Origin: an uncultured Verrucomicrobiota bacterium
Lineage (GTDB): Bacteria > Auribacterota > JABMQX01
Direction: 5' to 3'
Length of the DNA stretch: 64,000 nucleotides
Assembly: GCA_964482435.1 (NCBI GenBank)
Contig: CAYZXL010000010.1
Span: forward strand, 36,946-100,945
Position 1 is the first letter of the stretch. Every line of letters starts with the position of its first letter. A program made the position numbers and the translations under genes. This document shows positions 1 through 10,475 of the stretch, piece after piece. The notes below the pieces were generated by a model. The model was not told where the DNA came from. It saw nothing but the letters and a program-made list of their open reading frames with translations, and did not search any database.

Positions 1-56
1 CGCTCCCTGCCCGAGTCCTTCGCAGCCGAACGAAACGGAAATGTTTTGAAGGACGG

Positions 57-989
57 CTACCGAGGTCTCATCGCTTTGACGAGTTCCTCGTTGAGTGCGC
101 GGGCGGGGTTGAACCCAGCGGATTTCAGCCTGTGGTTGAGGGCAGCCGTCTCGAGCATCAACACCATGTCTCTTCCAGAACGGACAGGAATGGTGAGGTG
201 AGGCACTGCCTTGCCGAGGATCCGGATGGCATCTTCTTCCACCCCCAGTCTCTCATAGTCTTTCCCGGGCGCCCAGCTTTCCAGCGTCACAGCGAGGTCA
301 ATCTGGCTCTCTTCGCGGAAGCAGACCGCCCCGAAGAGCTTTTGCACGTTGATGATGCCCAGCCCGCGAATCTCCATGTGGTGTCGGGTAAGCTCGCTGC
401 CGCTTCCGACGAGATACTTGCCCTCCCGGAGCTTTATCCGGACAACGTCGTCCGTGATCAAGCGGTGCCCTCTGGCGACTAAACCCAGGGCTGTCTCGCT
501 CTTGCCCACTCCGCTCTTTCCTTCGATGAAGACGCCAACGCCGAATACCTCGACAAGATTTCCTTTGAGGGAGACGGTCGGGGCAAAAAGGTCGTCGAGA
601 AAGACAGTCACACGGTCAATGAGGTCCACCGTTATCCTCGGTGACTTGAAGACAGGTACCTTGAAGCGGTCGGCTTCCTCCAGAAGTTCCTCTGGAACGC
701 GGTATCGGCGAGCGACTATGAAACACGGGACGTCTCTACGCAGGATTTCTGTGAGGCGCGGCCGGATTACATCGGGCGGCAAGCTGCGCAGGTAAGTAAT
801 CTCGACCTTCCCGAGAATCTGTACCCGCCGCCACGGGAAGAAATCGAAGTAGCCCGCAAGGGCCAGACCCGGGCGGTTGATCTCGGGCCACTTTATCATC
901 CGGTTGAGACCATCCTTCCCGGCGACGAGCGCCAACTGAAGCTCGTCTTTCATCCTATCGTAGAACTCCGCTATGGATATTCCTTTCAT
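57..989 (-). CDS. hprK: HPr kinase/phosphorylase
   Basis: The 310-aa ORF contains the Walker A motif GKSGVGKSE followed by LITDDVV, typical of HprK, and is full length with an N-terminal domain plus kinase domain. Confidence 0.8.
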   Translation of the reverse strand: MKGISIAEFYDRMKDELQLALVAGKDGLNRMIKWPEINRPGLALAGYFDFFPWRRVQILGKVEITYLRSLPPDVIRPRLTEILRRDVPCFIVARRYRVPEELLEEADRFKVPVFKSPRITVDLIDRVTVFLDDLFAPTVSLKGNLVEVFGVGVFIEGKSGVGKSETALGLVARGHRLITDDVVRIKLREGKYLVGSGSELTRHHMEIRGLGIINVQKLFGAVCFREESQIDLAVTLESWAPGKDYERLGVEEDAIRILGKAVPHLTIPVRSGRDMVLMLETAALNHRLKSAGFNPARALNEELVKAMRPR

Positions 990-1417
990 TTGTGAATGTC
1001 CCTGCTAAGGGGTGCCACGGGCTTGGCGAAGCCGGGCGAATCGTGCTCTCGCACCACCTTACTGCGTGATGCTCGCCGACCGTGAGGGAAGCAGGCCAAC
1101 CGCCTCACAAGTACGTGGGGACACAATCCCCCGTGACGGCAGCTATGTCGAATCGTGCTGGCCCTCCATCGGGAACAACCTTAGCCCTCTTCGAGAGGCG
1201 ATTAGGCCTGCCCCCTCTTCCCTCAATTTGCGAGAAACCAAACTTTTGTAGCAAAAAAGAGGGTCAGGAGTCAACGGGGTTTTGACGCCTTGGCTTGTCG
1301 AACGGGTGCGAACGGTTTGCGGCAGTGGAACGCCACTCAGAGGATTCGAGCCGGGCTTTGCCGAGCGAAGAGGTGTTCCGGGAGAGAGACATCGCGCGGC
1401 GGCAAGCGGGCAATGCT

Positions 1418-1912
1418 TCAGGGCTCGCGCTCGCCTTTTTCGCCGGGTGCGGAAGGAGGGACGGCGCTCCTGAGCTGCTCGGCGAGCTTTTCGACTTTTG
1501 AGTTGAGGGCCTGGAGGGTGTTTACGACCTGAAGGTTAAAGTCGCGCTGTTGGGTGAACATGCGGAAGGTGTAGAACTTCAGAAGAAACCAGATAGCCTT
1601 CTTGAGCCAGACGGCGGGCCGGCCCAACAGGCCGCCTTTGGAGGGAATCTCGAAGTCGCCAATGTCTATTTCCCAGGTCTTGCGGAGGGTCCGGAGGTGG
1701 TATCGAAGGAATTCTTCTTCGCTTCTCGCCTGGGAGACCTCGAGCTTTGTGATGCCGACGAGGTTGTATTTGTCATAGACGCCGGCGGCCTTTTTCTTTT
1801 CGACCCGCTCCTTGACGGCGTGGACGATCTCTCGAACATCAATCTTGTCGAGATTTATCGAGAAGACATCATCACTCGAGGTTGTCTTTTCCTGAGACAT
1901 AGAGGCGTCCAC
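1418..1912 (-). CDS. hypothetical protein with a C-terminal amphipathic helix
   Basis: The 164-aa ORF is co-oriented between rsmI and hprK and has no recognisable motif. Its start is uncertain, and a roughly 430-bp gap separates it from hprK. Confidence 0.4.
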   Translation of the reverse strand: MDASMSQEKTTSSDDVFSINLDKIDVREIVHAVKERVEKKKAAGVYDKYNLVGITKLEVSQARSEEEFLRYHLRTLRKTWEIDIGDFEIPSKGGLLGRPAVWLKKAIWFLLKFYTFRMFTQQRDFNLQVVNTLQALNSKVEKLAEQLRSAVPPSAPGEKGEREP

Positions 1913-2128
1913 AATGGCGGTTTAACCGGGATTTCCGCAGCGACCAAACTTCGGCGGTCTTCGTCGCTGGTCTCCTCCTTGTGCGAATGGCGCGGCTCGA
2001 CGTGCGTGAACCCGCGCGCGATTCCCGAGACGGTTGTCATCTTATTCCCGAACGACCTTTCGCTCAAGAGGAATGTTTGCGGCTCAGTCCGGCTACGTGG
2101 CTGGCTGTAGTCCGCGGTGGGTTCCAAA

Positions 2129-2980
2129 TCAGGCGTCCGCCTTCTTTCGCTTGAGGAGTTCCCGATAAACGTCCTGCTTCCTGATTCCTTTCTCGGCCGC
2201 GATGAGCTTCACGGCTTCGGAAGTCGAAATGCCCAACTGTTCAGCGAGGGACTGGACTCGTTCTTCGACGTTTTCCGGTGGGGCTGGCGGTTTTTCGCTG
2301 GCACCCTCGACGATGAGGACTATCTCACCCTTTACTGGTTTCTCCTGAAAGGCGGTTACAGCCTCCGACAAAGAAGTCCTGATAATTTCCTCGTGAATCT
2401 TCGTCAGCTCCCTGGCAATCTCGATTTTTCGCTCGCCGAAAGGCGCGAGCATGTCAGCAAGGGATTCGCGAAGCCGGTTGGCTGTCTCAAAAAAGACCAT
2501 GGTCCGAGGCTCATCCTTGAGCGCGATGAATCTCTTTTTTCGCGCAACGGAGCGCGAAGGGATGAAGCCAGAGAAGACGAACTCGTCTCTGGGAAGGCAC
2601 GAGATGGATAAGGCGGCAGTCATGGCGGAGGGACCCGGGACCACCTCAACCCTGACGCCGTTTTCCACAGCCGCCTGGACGAGCCTTTCGCCGGGGTCGG
2701 ACAGAGCGGGTGTCCCAGCGTTGGTGACGAGGGCGACGGATTTTCCCTGGCGAAAGACTTCGAGCAATTCTGCGGTTCGTCTGGCTTCGTTGAATTTGTG
2801 GTAGCTGATGAGCCGTGCCCCTGATATGCCGTGCCTGTCGAGGAGGATTTTCGTCTTGCGGGTGTCTTCGCAGGCGATTACGTCGGCCTCCTTGAGGGTC
2901 CTGAGAGCCCGGAGTGAAATGTCTTCGAGGTTTCCGATTGGCGTGCCGACCACGAAGAGGATGGGCTTTGGAAGGCTCAC
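2129..2980 (-). CDS. rsmI: 16S rRNA (cytidine1402-2'-O)-methyltransferase RsmI
   Basis: The N-terminus LFVVGTPIGNLEDISLRA has the tetrapyrrole-methylase fold signature of RsmI, and the 283-aa length fits. Confidence 0.8.
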   Translation of the reverse strand: MSLPKPILFVVGTPIGNLEDISLRALRTLKEADVIACEDTRKTKILLDRHGISGARLISYHKFNEARRTAELLEVFRQGKSVALVTNAGTPALSDPGERLVQAAVENGVRVEVVPGPSAMTAALSISCLPRDEFVFSGFIPSRSVARKKRFIALKDEPRTMVFFETANRLRESLADMLAPFGERKIEIARELTKIHEEIIRTSLSEAVTAFQEKPVKGEIVLIVEGASEKPPAPPENVEERVQSLAEQLGISTSEAVKLIAAEKGIRKQDVYRELLKRKKADA

Positions 2981-4122
2981 GTCGGCTCCTTTTTCTCGCC
3001 GAATGCTTTTGCTATTTCGATTCTTTCCCGCAGCGCTGGCGACCGGGAGATGAAGCGTACAATGCGGGGCGGGTCGGGGTCAATGAGGTTGATTTCGGCG
3101 AGTTTCTCGAGAGCGGTGGCGAAAGCCTCGGGCGTGCTGCTGAGCTTAAGAGCAAAAAGGTCGGCCCCTCTTTCCATTCGGCGGGAGATTGCGGCCAATA
3201 CGGGAGAAGCGACGACGGCAAAGAGCACCAGGAAGAAGACCAAGATGGGAAAGGCCGCGAGGTCGGCAGGTTCTCTGATGCTAAGCCGCGGGAAGAACGG
3301 CGAGGCGAAAATCAGCCCGAAATGGGCGACGAGCAGAGCGGTCGCGATGGTGACAAAGTTGAGGAAAGAAGCAAGCAAGGGATGAGAGTGGCGGTCGTGG
3401 CCAAGCTCGTGAGCGGCGATGGTTTCGACTTCCCCTTCGGAAAATGCGTCGAGGAGGGTGTCGGTGAAAAAGATTGCCCTCTCTCTGCCCAGTCCGCCAA
3501 CCATTGCGTTGGCAGCGGGCGTCTCGCGGCTGACTTTCATCTGGAGGAAGCTCTGGATTTGGGAGCCGGCGTTCCGGGCAAGGGTCCTGAGCTTTTCGGT
3601 GAGGGACGGATTAGCGACAGGGGCGAGCGGGTGGCGAAGGGAGACAAGACGGTGCAGAAGGAAGCGGCGAAGGAAGAGGTCAGCGCCTAATGAGATTAGA
3701 CCCGTGGCGAGCCACCACCATTTCCCTACCCCGAAGAGGGAGGCATAGACGACGTAGAAAAACCCGATGCCGAAGACCAACCCGACGGCGGATTCGACGA
3801 CGAGGTGCCGGAGCCACGCCGCGGGACCCTCGCGCGAAAGGCCATACCTCTTTTCTACTCGCCACTCGAGCCAGTCCACGGGCAAACAGACGGCGATGTA
3901 GCTGCACAGCAGCACTGCCAGGTAAACAGGGGCAGAGACGAAAATGCTTGTGGAGAGCTTTTTCTCAAGGAACGAACGGCAATGCGCGGAGAGGCCAGAG
4001 AAGAGCATCAGCCCGGACCATCCGAGAAGGATAAACAGGCGAAGAAAACTGAGACACAAAGACGCCCGTGCGCGGGATTTCGCCCTTTCCTGCCAAATGG
4101 TTTCGGCTCGTTGCGCGGGCAC
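2977..4122 (-). CDS. M48 family zinc metallopeptidase (Ste24/HtpX-like), membrane-bound
   Basis: The protein has a HELGH zinc-binding motif (AHELGHDRH) preceded by several hydrophobic TM segments. Its 4-nt overlap with rsmI suggests an operon. Confidence 0.7.
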   Translation of the reverse strand: MPAQRAETIWQERAKSRARASLCLSFLRLFILLGWSGLMLFSGLSAHCRSFLEKKLSTSIFVSAPVYLAVLLCSYIAVCLPVDWLEWRVEKRYGLSREGPAAWLRHLVVESAVGLVFGIGFFYVVYASLFGVGKWWWLATGLISLGADLFLRRFLLHRLVSLRHPLAPVANPSLTEKLRTLARNAGSQIQSFLQMKVSRETPAANAMVGGLGRERAIFFTDTLLDAFSEGEVETIAAHELGHDRHSHPLLASFLNFVTIATALLVAHFGLIFASPFFPRLSIREPADLAAFPILVFFLVLFAVVASPVLAAISRRMERGADLFALKLSSTPEAFATALEKLAEINLIDPDPPRIVRFISRSPALRERIEIAKAFGEKKEPT

Positions 4123-4161
4123 GTGTCCCCCTCCCCTGCTCGACGGGCGCCGGAGAGGCGC

Positions 4162-4791
4162 TCACCTGGCTTCCGCCTGGAAGACGACTTGTTTGATTCG
4201 CATGAGGCGGCTGATGTTAGCGCGCTCAAGCTCCGCAAGCTTCATCTCGATATACTTAACAGTCTCGGAGATGTTCGGGATAAACACGAATTCAAGAGCG
4301 TTCACCCGGCGGCGGGTTCTTTCAATTTCCTCGGAAAGAATGACGATTGTCTTCTCGACGTTGACAAGCTCAATCATGAGAGGAAGCGTCTCGACGAGAA
4401 TCTTGAGGGAGGCGTCCAGGTCGGACGGCGTATGGGCGAGACCGTAGGTGAATGGATTGGGCTGGGTCTCAAGCTCAAGACGGGGAATGCGGACGTTCAG
4501 GAGGCGGCTGACGTGTGCCTTGAGTTTCAATTGCCCTGCCGGGTAGGACAGCGCGGGGGTGAGGAATTTCTCGGAGACGACGGCTCGGCACAGGTCGAAT
4601 TTCCAGAGAGCTTCGTGGACTTTGTCCTGAACCACTCTTCTCAGATCCCTGGCGCGCCCGACGAACTGGAGGAAGTTCCTCATCAACTGCTCCTGTTTAT
4701 CCTGGAGGAGCTTGTGGCCTCGTCGAGCAAGGGCCAGCCTTTTCTTGAGCTTGAGCAGCTCCATGCGATTGGGATTGACGTCGAGCCTCAT
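4162..4791 (-). CDS. atpD: V/A-type ATPase subunit D
   Basis: The 209-aa coiled-coil protein is the last gene of the V-ATPase operon and starts [19 protein letters not shown], typical of subunit D. Confidence 0.85.
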   Translation of the reverse strand: MRLDVNPNRMELLKLKKRLALARRGHKLLQDKQEQLMRNFLQFVGRARDLRRVVQDKVHEALWKFDLCRAVVSEKFLTPALSYPAGQLKLKAHVSRLLNVRIPRLELETQPNPFTYGLAHTPSDLDASLKILVETLPLMIELVNVEKTIVILSEEIERTRRRVNALEFVFIPNISETVKYIEMKLAELERANISRLMRIKQVVFQAEAR

Positions 4792-6182
4792 GATTCAGCG
4801 CGGCTTCCCCAAGCGGAGTCGTAATACTTTTCAATAAACTGCCTGTGAACTCGTTTCAGTTCCTCTTTGGGGAGGAGTCTTAAGCATTTCCAGCCGATGT
4901 CGAGCGTTTCATTGATGGAGCGGCTAGTCGTTTCCGACTGGCGGACAAACTCGTCCTCGAATCGCTCGGCGAACTTGATGTAAAGGCGGTCCAGTTCCGA
5001 GAGAGCCGCCTCGCCGAGGATGACGGCGAGCTCCTTGGCTTCCCGCCCCTTCGCGTAACAGGCGAAGAGCTGATTGAGGACATCGGCGTGGTCTTCGCGA
5101 GTTTTGCCGGTCCCTATTCCCTTATCCTTCAGACGGGAGAGCGACGGGAGGACGTCAATGGGCGGATAGACCCCCTTTCGGTGCAGCTCGCGGCTGAGCA
5201 TGACCTGCCCTTCGGTTATATAACCGGTGAGATCAGGGACGGGGTGAGTCTTGTCGTCCTCCGGCATGGAGAGAACGGGCATGAGAGTAATGGAACCGAT
5301 TTTGCCCTTGATTCTTCCTGCTCGCTCGTAAACGGTCGCCAGGTCGGTGTACAGGTAGCCCGGGTAGCCGCGGCGGCCTGGAATTTCTTTTCGAGCAGCG
5401 GAGACCTCTCGGAGAGCCTCGCAATAGACAGTCATGTCCATCAGGATGACCAGGACGTGCATGTCGAGGTCGAAGGCGAGATATTCTGCGGCGGTCAGAG
5501 TCATGCGCGGTGTCGCGAGCCTCTCGACGGCAGGGTCGTCGGAAAGGTTAATGAAAAGGACCGCTCGTTCGATGGCGCCGGTTTTCTCAAAATCGGTGAC
5601 GAAGAAATTGGCTTCCTCGAAGGTGACGCCCATGGCGCCGAAGCACACTGCGAATCTTTCCTCCTTGCCCAGGACTCTCGCCTGGCGGGCGACCTGAGCG
5701 GCAATCTTCGGATGCGGAAGACCTGAGCCCGAAAAAATGGGGAGCTTCTGCCCGCGGACGAGGGTGTTCATCCCGTCAATGGCGGAGATGCCCGTCTCGA
5801 TAAACTCAACGGGATAATCCCTTGCGGTCGGGTTGAGAGGGTTGCCGTTGATGTCGAGCTTCTTTTCGGGGATGATGGGCGGTGCGCCATCCTTGGGGCG
5901 ACCCGCACCGTCGAATACCCGGCCGAGGATATCCAGGGAAACCGGCAGCTCGAGACCTCGACCGAGGAACTTGACTTTTGTGCTGCCTATGTCAATGCCT
6001 CTCGTTCCCTCGTACACCTGCACGAGGGCCATGGTTTCGGAGATTTCCAGGACACGCCCCCGTCGAACGCTTCGGTCGCCGAGCTGGACCTCGCAAAGCT
6101 CGTCGTATTTGATGCCAGTAATTTTCTCGACGATGAGGAGCGGTCCGCTGATTTGAGTTACGGTGCGATATTCCTTAAGCAC
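4788..6182 (-). CDS. atpB: V/A-type ATPase subunit B
   Basis: The 464-aa protein has the non-catalytic B-subunit fold and sits immediately downstream of subunit A. Confidence 0.9.
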   Translation of the reverse strand: MLKEYRTVTQISGPLLIVEKITGIKYDELCEVQLGDRSVRRGRVLEISETMALVQVYEGTRGIDIGSTKVKFLGRGLELPVSLDILGRVFDGAGRPKDGAPPIIPEKKLDINGNPLNPTARDYPVEFIETGISAIDGMNTLVRGQKLPIFSGSGLPHPKIAAQVARQARVLGKEERFAVCFGAMGVTFEEANFFVTDFEKTGAIERAVLFINLSDDPAVERLATPRMTLTAAEYLAFDLDMHVLVILMDMTVYCEALREVSAARKEIPGRRGYPGYLYTDLATVYERAGRIKGKIGSITLMPVLSMPEDDKTHPVPDLTGYITEGQVMLSRELHRKGVYPPIDVLPSLSRLKDKGIGTGKTREDHADVLNQLFACYAKGREAKELAVILGEAALSELDRLYIKFAERFEDEFVRQSETTSRSINETLDIGWKCLRLLPKEELKRVHRQFIEKYYDSAWGSRAES

Positions 6183-6212
6183 CTTGCTGTGCCTCCCAGG
6201 GTTCTTTCAAGT

Positions 6213-8048
6213 TCAGGTGTTGGGTTTCTTCGCGGGCTGCGCCGTTTTTTCTTCTTCTGGAGTTTCTTTGCCTTTCTGTCTCGATGCGGCCAACTTTTCC
6301 ACCTCGTCCTTGATTTTTGCGCCAATGGCTTCAATTTCGCTGAGATTCTCCTCGTCAACAAACTTGGCACGGGCGATGTCCTGCCGAACGGGAAGCGAAG
6401 TGATGTCCTTGAGCTCGACCTCCTGCTCGACGAGGTCCTTTGAATAACGGTAGAAGTCAATGATGGTTCGCAGGAGATGATATTGCTTTGCGATGGAGGT
6501 GTAAGTGTCGGTGGCGTCGAAGGCGTTCTGATGGAGAAAATCCTCCCGGATGGACCTCGCCGCTTCAAGAACGAGCCGGTCCTGCGGGGAGAGGGACTCG
6601 ACTCCGACGAGACGGGCAATTTCGGCGAGCTCGCTTTCGAGCTGAAGGAGGCGCATCGCTTCGGTTCTCAACTGGTTGAAGTCTTCGTGGACCTTTTCGG
6701 CGAAGTAATCCGCCAGATGCTCGAGATACAGGGAATAACTCAAGAGCCAGTTGATCGCGGGGAAGTGACGCATGTAGGCGAGCCTGTCCTCAAGACCCCA
6801 AAAGACCTTTACCACGCGGAGGGTCGCCTGGACGACAGGGTCTGAGAGGTCCCCGCCCGGCGGTGAGACCGCACCAACGATGCTCAGGGTCGCTTCCCGC
6901 TGTGGCTTGCCGAGGCACTTCACTCTGCCGGCTCTCTCGTAGAAATCTGCAATGCGGTAGCCGAGATAAGCGGGATAGCCCTCCTCTCCGGGCATTTCTT
7001 CGAGCCTGCCGGAGATTTCGCGGAGAGCCTCCGCCCAGCGTGACGTGGAATCCGCCATGACGGCAACGTGATAACCCATGTCGCGGTAATATTCGGCGAG
7101 TGTCACGCCCGTATAGACGCTGGCTTCTCTCGCGGCGACGGGCATGTTGGAGGTGTTGGCGATGAGGATTGTTCGGTGCATGAGGGTCTCTTTAGTGCGC
7201 GGGTCCTTTAGCTGGGGAAATGAAAGCAGCACGTCGGCCATCTCGTTGCCTCGCTCACCGCAGCCGATATAAACGATGATGTCGGCATTGGACCACTTGG
7301 CGAGCTGGTGCTGAATGACGGTTTTGCCGCTGCCGAAAGGACCGGGGACACATGCAGTGCCGCCTTTCGCAACGGGGAACAGCGTGTCAATGACCCTCTG
7401 GCCGGTGACGAGGGGCTCGTTGGGTGCGAGGCGCCTCTCGACGGGGCGGCCGGTTCTGACGGGCCACCGCTGAATCAGGGAGAGTGAGACAACGCCGTCT
7501 CGGGTTTTGACACGGCAGACCGTTTCCTCGACGGTGAATTCCCCTTCACGAATTTCTTCGACGGCGCCTCCGATGCCTGGCGGGACTGTGACCCTGTGGA
7601 CGACAACGGGGCTTTCGGGGATTTCGCCGATGATGTCGCCCGGGCTGAGGGTGTCGCCTTTCTTCACGATGGGCTTGAACGCCCATTTCTTCTCACGGCT
7701 CAGCGCAGGGAGTTCCAGTCCCTTCTGGATGTAGTTCCCGACCCGGGAGCGGATGATCTCCAGGGGCCTCTGGATGCCGTCGAAGATTCCGCCGATAAGA
7801 CCCGGGCCGAGCTCTGCCGAGAGCGGTTCGCCGGTTGAGACGACTGGCTCGGGCGGGCCGATTCCCGCGGTCTCTTCGTAAACCTGGATGAAAGCCTGGT
7901 CGCCTTTCAGGCCGATGATTTCGCCTATAAGCCCTTTTTCACCGACTCGGACTACGTCGTACATTCTGGCGCCGCGCATTTCTCTGGCGACGACGAGAGG
8001 TCCTGAAACGCGCGATATTTTGCCCTCTATGACTTCCTCTTTCTGCAT
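6213..8048 (-). CDS. atpA: V/A-type ATPase catalytic subunit A
   Basis: The 611-aa protein has the Walker A motif GPFGSGKT and the non-homologous insert region typical of A subunits. Confidence 0.9.
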   Translation of the reverse strand: MQKEEVIEGKISRVSGPLVVAREMRGARMYDVVRVGEKGLIGEIIGLKGDQAFIQVYEETAGIGPPEPVVSTGEPLSAELGPGLIGGIFDGIQRPLEIIRSRVGNYIQKGLELPALSREKKWAFKPIVKKGDTLSPGDIIGEIPESPVVVHRVTVPPGIGGAVEEIREGEFTVEETVCRVKTRDGVVSLSLIQRWPVRTGRPVERRLAPNEPLVTGQRVIDTLFPVAKGGTACVPGPFGSGKTVIQHQLAKWSNADIIVYIGCGERGNEMADVLLSFPQLKDPRTKETLMHRTILIANTSNMPVAAREASVYTGVTLAEYYRDMGYHVAVMADSTSRWAEALREISGRLEEMPGEEGYPAYLGYRIADFYERAGRVKCLGKPQREATLSIVGAVSPPGGDLSDPVVQATLRVVKVFWGLEDRLAYMRHFPAINWLLSYSLYLEHLADYFAEKVHEDFNQLRTEAMRLLQLESELAEIARLVGVESLSPQDRLVLEAARSIREDFLHQNAFDATDTYTSIAKQYHLLRTIIDFYRYSKDLVEQEVELKDITSLPVRQDIARAKFVDEENLSEIEAIGAKIKDEVEKLAASRQKGKETPEEEKTAQPAKKPNT

Positions 8049-8380
8049 TAGATTTCAGCTCCCACAGCTTTAATTGTCGCTCGGCGGATTCTTTCCGCCG
8101 CGAGTCCGGTGCCGGGCTGTCTCTCCGGCAAAAGGATGACCGCCGGGAGAGGCTTGAGGTAGTAAGGCTCCAGGAGACTCCTCATTTCTCCGGCGAGGGT
8201 CTCCGATACGAAGATTGCCGCGTATCCGGCCGCGACGATTTTATCCCAAGCCTTCCTCGCCTGAGCGGCGTCCCTGACGCCGAAGGCATCAAAACCCATT
8301 GCCCGGAAAGCCAGTGCGGCACCCGGCGACCCGAGGAAGGCTACCGGAGAGGTTTTCGTTGTTTGCTTCTCATCAGGCAT
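8048..8380 (-). CDS. atpF: V/A-type ATPase subunit F
   Basis: The 110-aa protein lies between subunits C and A. Confidence 0.8.
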   Translation of the reverse strand: MPDEKQTTKTSPVAFLGSPGAALAFRAMGFDAFGVRDAAQARKAWDKIVAAGYAAIFVSETLAGEMRSLLEPYYLKPLPAVILLPERQPGTGLAAERIRRATIKAVGAEI

Positions 8381-9395
8381 AGCTCGCCCTCAAAAGCTCT
8401 CGCACCGCGTCCTCGGGGAAGGACTTTTCCTTCCCGTAAACGATAGTGCGGAGGCGCATGACTTCGTTTTCCTTGGCGACGACATAGCCGACCAGAGGCT
8501 CAATCCCGAAGCAGTAGTGCTTTGCCTTGCGCAGGAAACCAATCAGAAAGTCATCGGCTAACCTATCGAGAGCCGAAAGCTCCTTCCGGGACTGGTAACC
8601 CGCGAGGGCTTCCCGAAGAATCTTGCGGTATGCGTCGTCCGTGACCTTAGCGATGAGGTCTGCGAGGGGCGTTTGGAAGTTCTCAGTGAAAAACGACCGC
8701 TCGATTCTTCCCCCGGGAAGGAGAGCCTCGTTGAGCTCCTCCTCGGGCCAACCCATCACCTGCACCCGGCAGAAGGTTCGGAGGTTAATGAGGTCAATTG
8801 TTCGGCGGGCGTATTCTTCGAGAAAAGGGTTGACGCATAGATTCTTCAGGAACAGCTCGTAGTAGAACTTGTCGAGAGTCGCGTCTATCCGCTCGAGGCT
8901 CAGGTTCTCACCAAGCCGCCTCAGTGCAGCAAGGATGGTCTCACCGACGAAGGGGTCAACGTCGCTGGCAAACGTTTTCTCGTCGCGAATGCGCGTGAGC
9001 TGCTCCTGCGAGAGGAATCCAACGCTTGAGAAGCCTTCCGGCTGAGTTCCGAGAAGTCTCGCCTTCAAAAGGAGCTTCAGATTCTGGAAATCGTACTTGA
9101 GCCGAAAGGTTCTGATGATTTTGCTTCCGAGGGAAAGCTCGCACACGGTCTCGTACGCCTGCCTCAGTTCCTCGTCGAGGATTTCTTCCGTTTCCGTGTC
9201 TCCCGCGGAGACGATGTCGGCGTAATCCGGGAACTCGCCCAGAGCCCGAAGGGCCTCGGCATGGGTCTCCTCCTCGAGCAGCCGCTCCATTTCCGCCAGA
9301 GAAATCAACCGCGCCTCGAGGGCTCTGATGCGCCCGACGGCGTAGGTGTAGCGCGTGTCGGAACCGGGGGTTCTCGCCTCTCTCCACTCCTTCAT
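8373..9395 (-). CDS. atpC: V/A-type ATPase subunit C (d)
   Basis: The 340-aa helical protein occupies the conserved operon position between E and F. Confidence 0.8.
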   Translation of the reverse strand: MKEWREARTPGSDTRYTYAVGRIRALEARLISLAEMERLLEEETHAEALRALGEFPDYADIVSAGDTETEEILDEELRQAYETVCELSLGSKIIRTFRLKYDFQNLKLLLKARLLGTQPEGFSSVGFLSQEQLTRIRDEKTFASDVDPFVGETILAALRRLGENLSLERIDATLDKFYYELFLKNLCVNPFLEEYARRTIDLINLRTFCRVQVMGWPEEELNEALLPGGRIERSFFTENFQTPLADLIAKVTDDAYRKILREALAGYQSRKELSALDRLADDFLIGFLRKAKHYCFGIEPLVGYVVAKENEVMRLRTIVYGKEKSFPEDAVRELLRASYA

Positions 9396-9997
9396 TTTTT
9401 ATCTCCGAACAGGATTGCTGCAACTTGCGACTGCGATTCCTCTCTGAGCTGACGGAGGAGCGTTCCGAACGAGCAGTCCACTTCCACGTCCTCGGTGCGC
9501 AAGATGAAACCGCCACGTACATCGGGGGATGTGCCGTCGAGCCTGAGGCGTCCGTGCCTGCCTGTTTTCTTCAACTCTTCGTTCACTTGCTCAATAAAGC
9601 TCTGGTCAATTTTCTTCTCATCCTGGGGCGAGACTAAGACGCGCTCGTCGCCGGTTGTGGCGAGATTCAGGAGCATCCTTCGGATGAGGGATTGATATTC
9701 CGCCGCAGGAAGACTGACAAGCTCCTCGAGCGCCGCCTGGAAACAATCTTCTAAGAGCTTCTGCTTTTCCGTGAGGATTTCCTTGCGATGCTCCAGCTCC
9801 GCAGAGACGGTGGACTGGCGTCTGTCAAGCTCGACTTTACGGGATGCCTCGTTGAGGATTCTTTCGCCGATTTCCTTAGCCTGGGACTCGGCTCTGGCGA
9901 CGATTTCCTGGCGCTTGAGGCGACCTTCCTCCTCAATCGCCCCTGTTTCCTCCCGGGCGTTCCTGTTGATTTTCTCGAGGATGCCTTCGAGCGCCAT
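9392..9997 (-). CDS. atpE: V/A-type ATPase subunit E
   Basis: The 201-aa protein has a charged coiled-coil N-terminus and sits in the E position of the operon. Confidence 0.8.
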   Translation of the reverse strand: MALEGILEKINRNAREETGAIEEEGRLKRQEIVARAESQAKEIGERILNEASRKVELDRRQSTVSAELEHRKEILTEKQKLLEDCFQAALEELVSLPAAEYQSLIRRMLLNLATTGDERVLVSPQDEKKIDQSFIEQVNEELKKTGRHGRLRLDGTSPDVRGGFILRTEDVEVDCSFGTLLRQLREESQSQVAAILFGDKK

Positions 9998-9999
9998 TT

Positions 10000-10464
<465 letters not shown>

Positions 10465-10475
10465 TCACCTCCTGT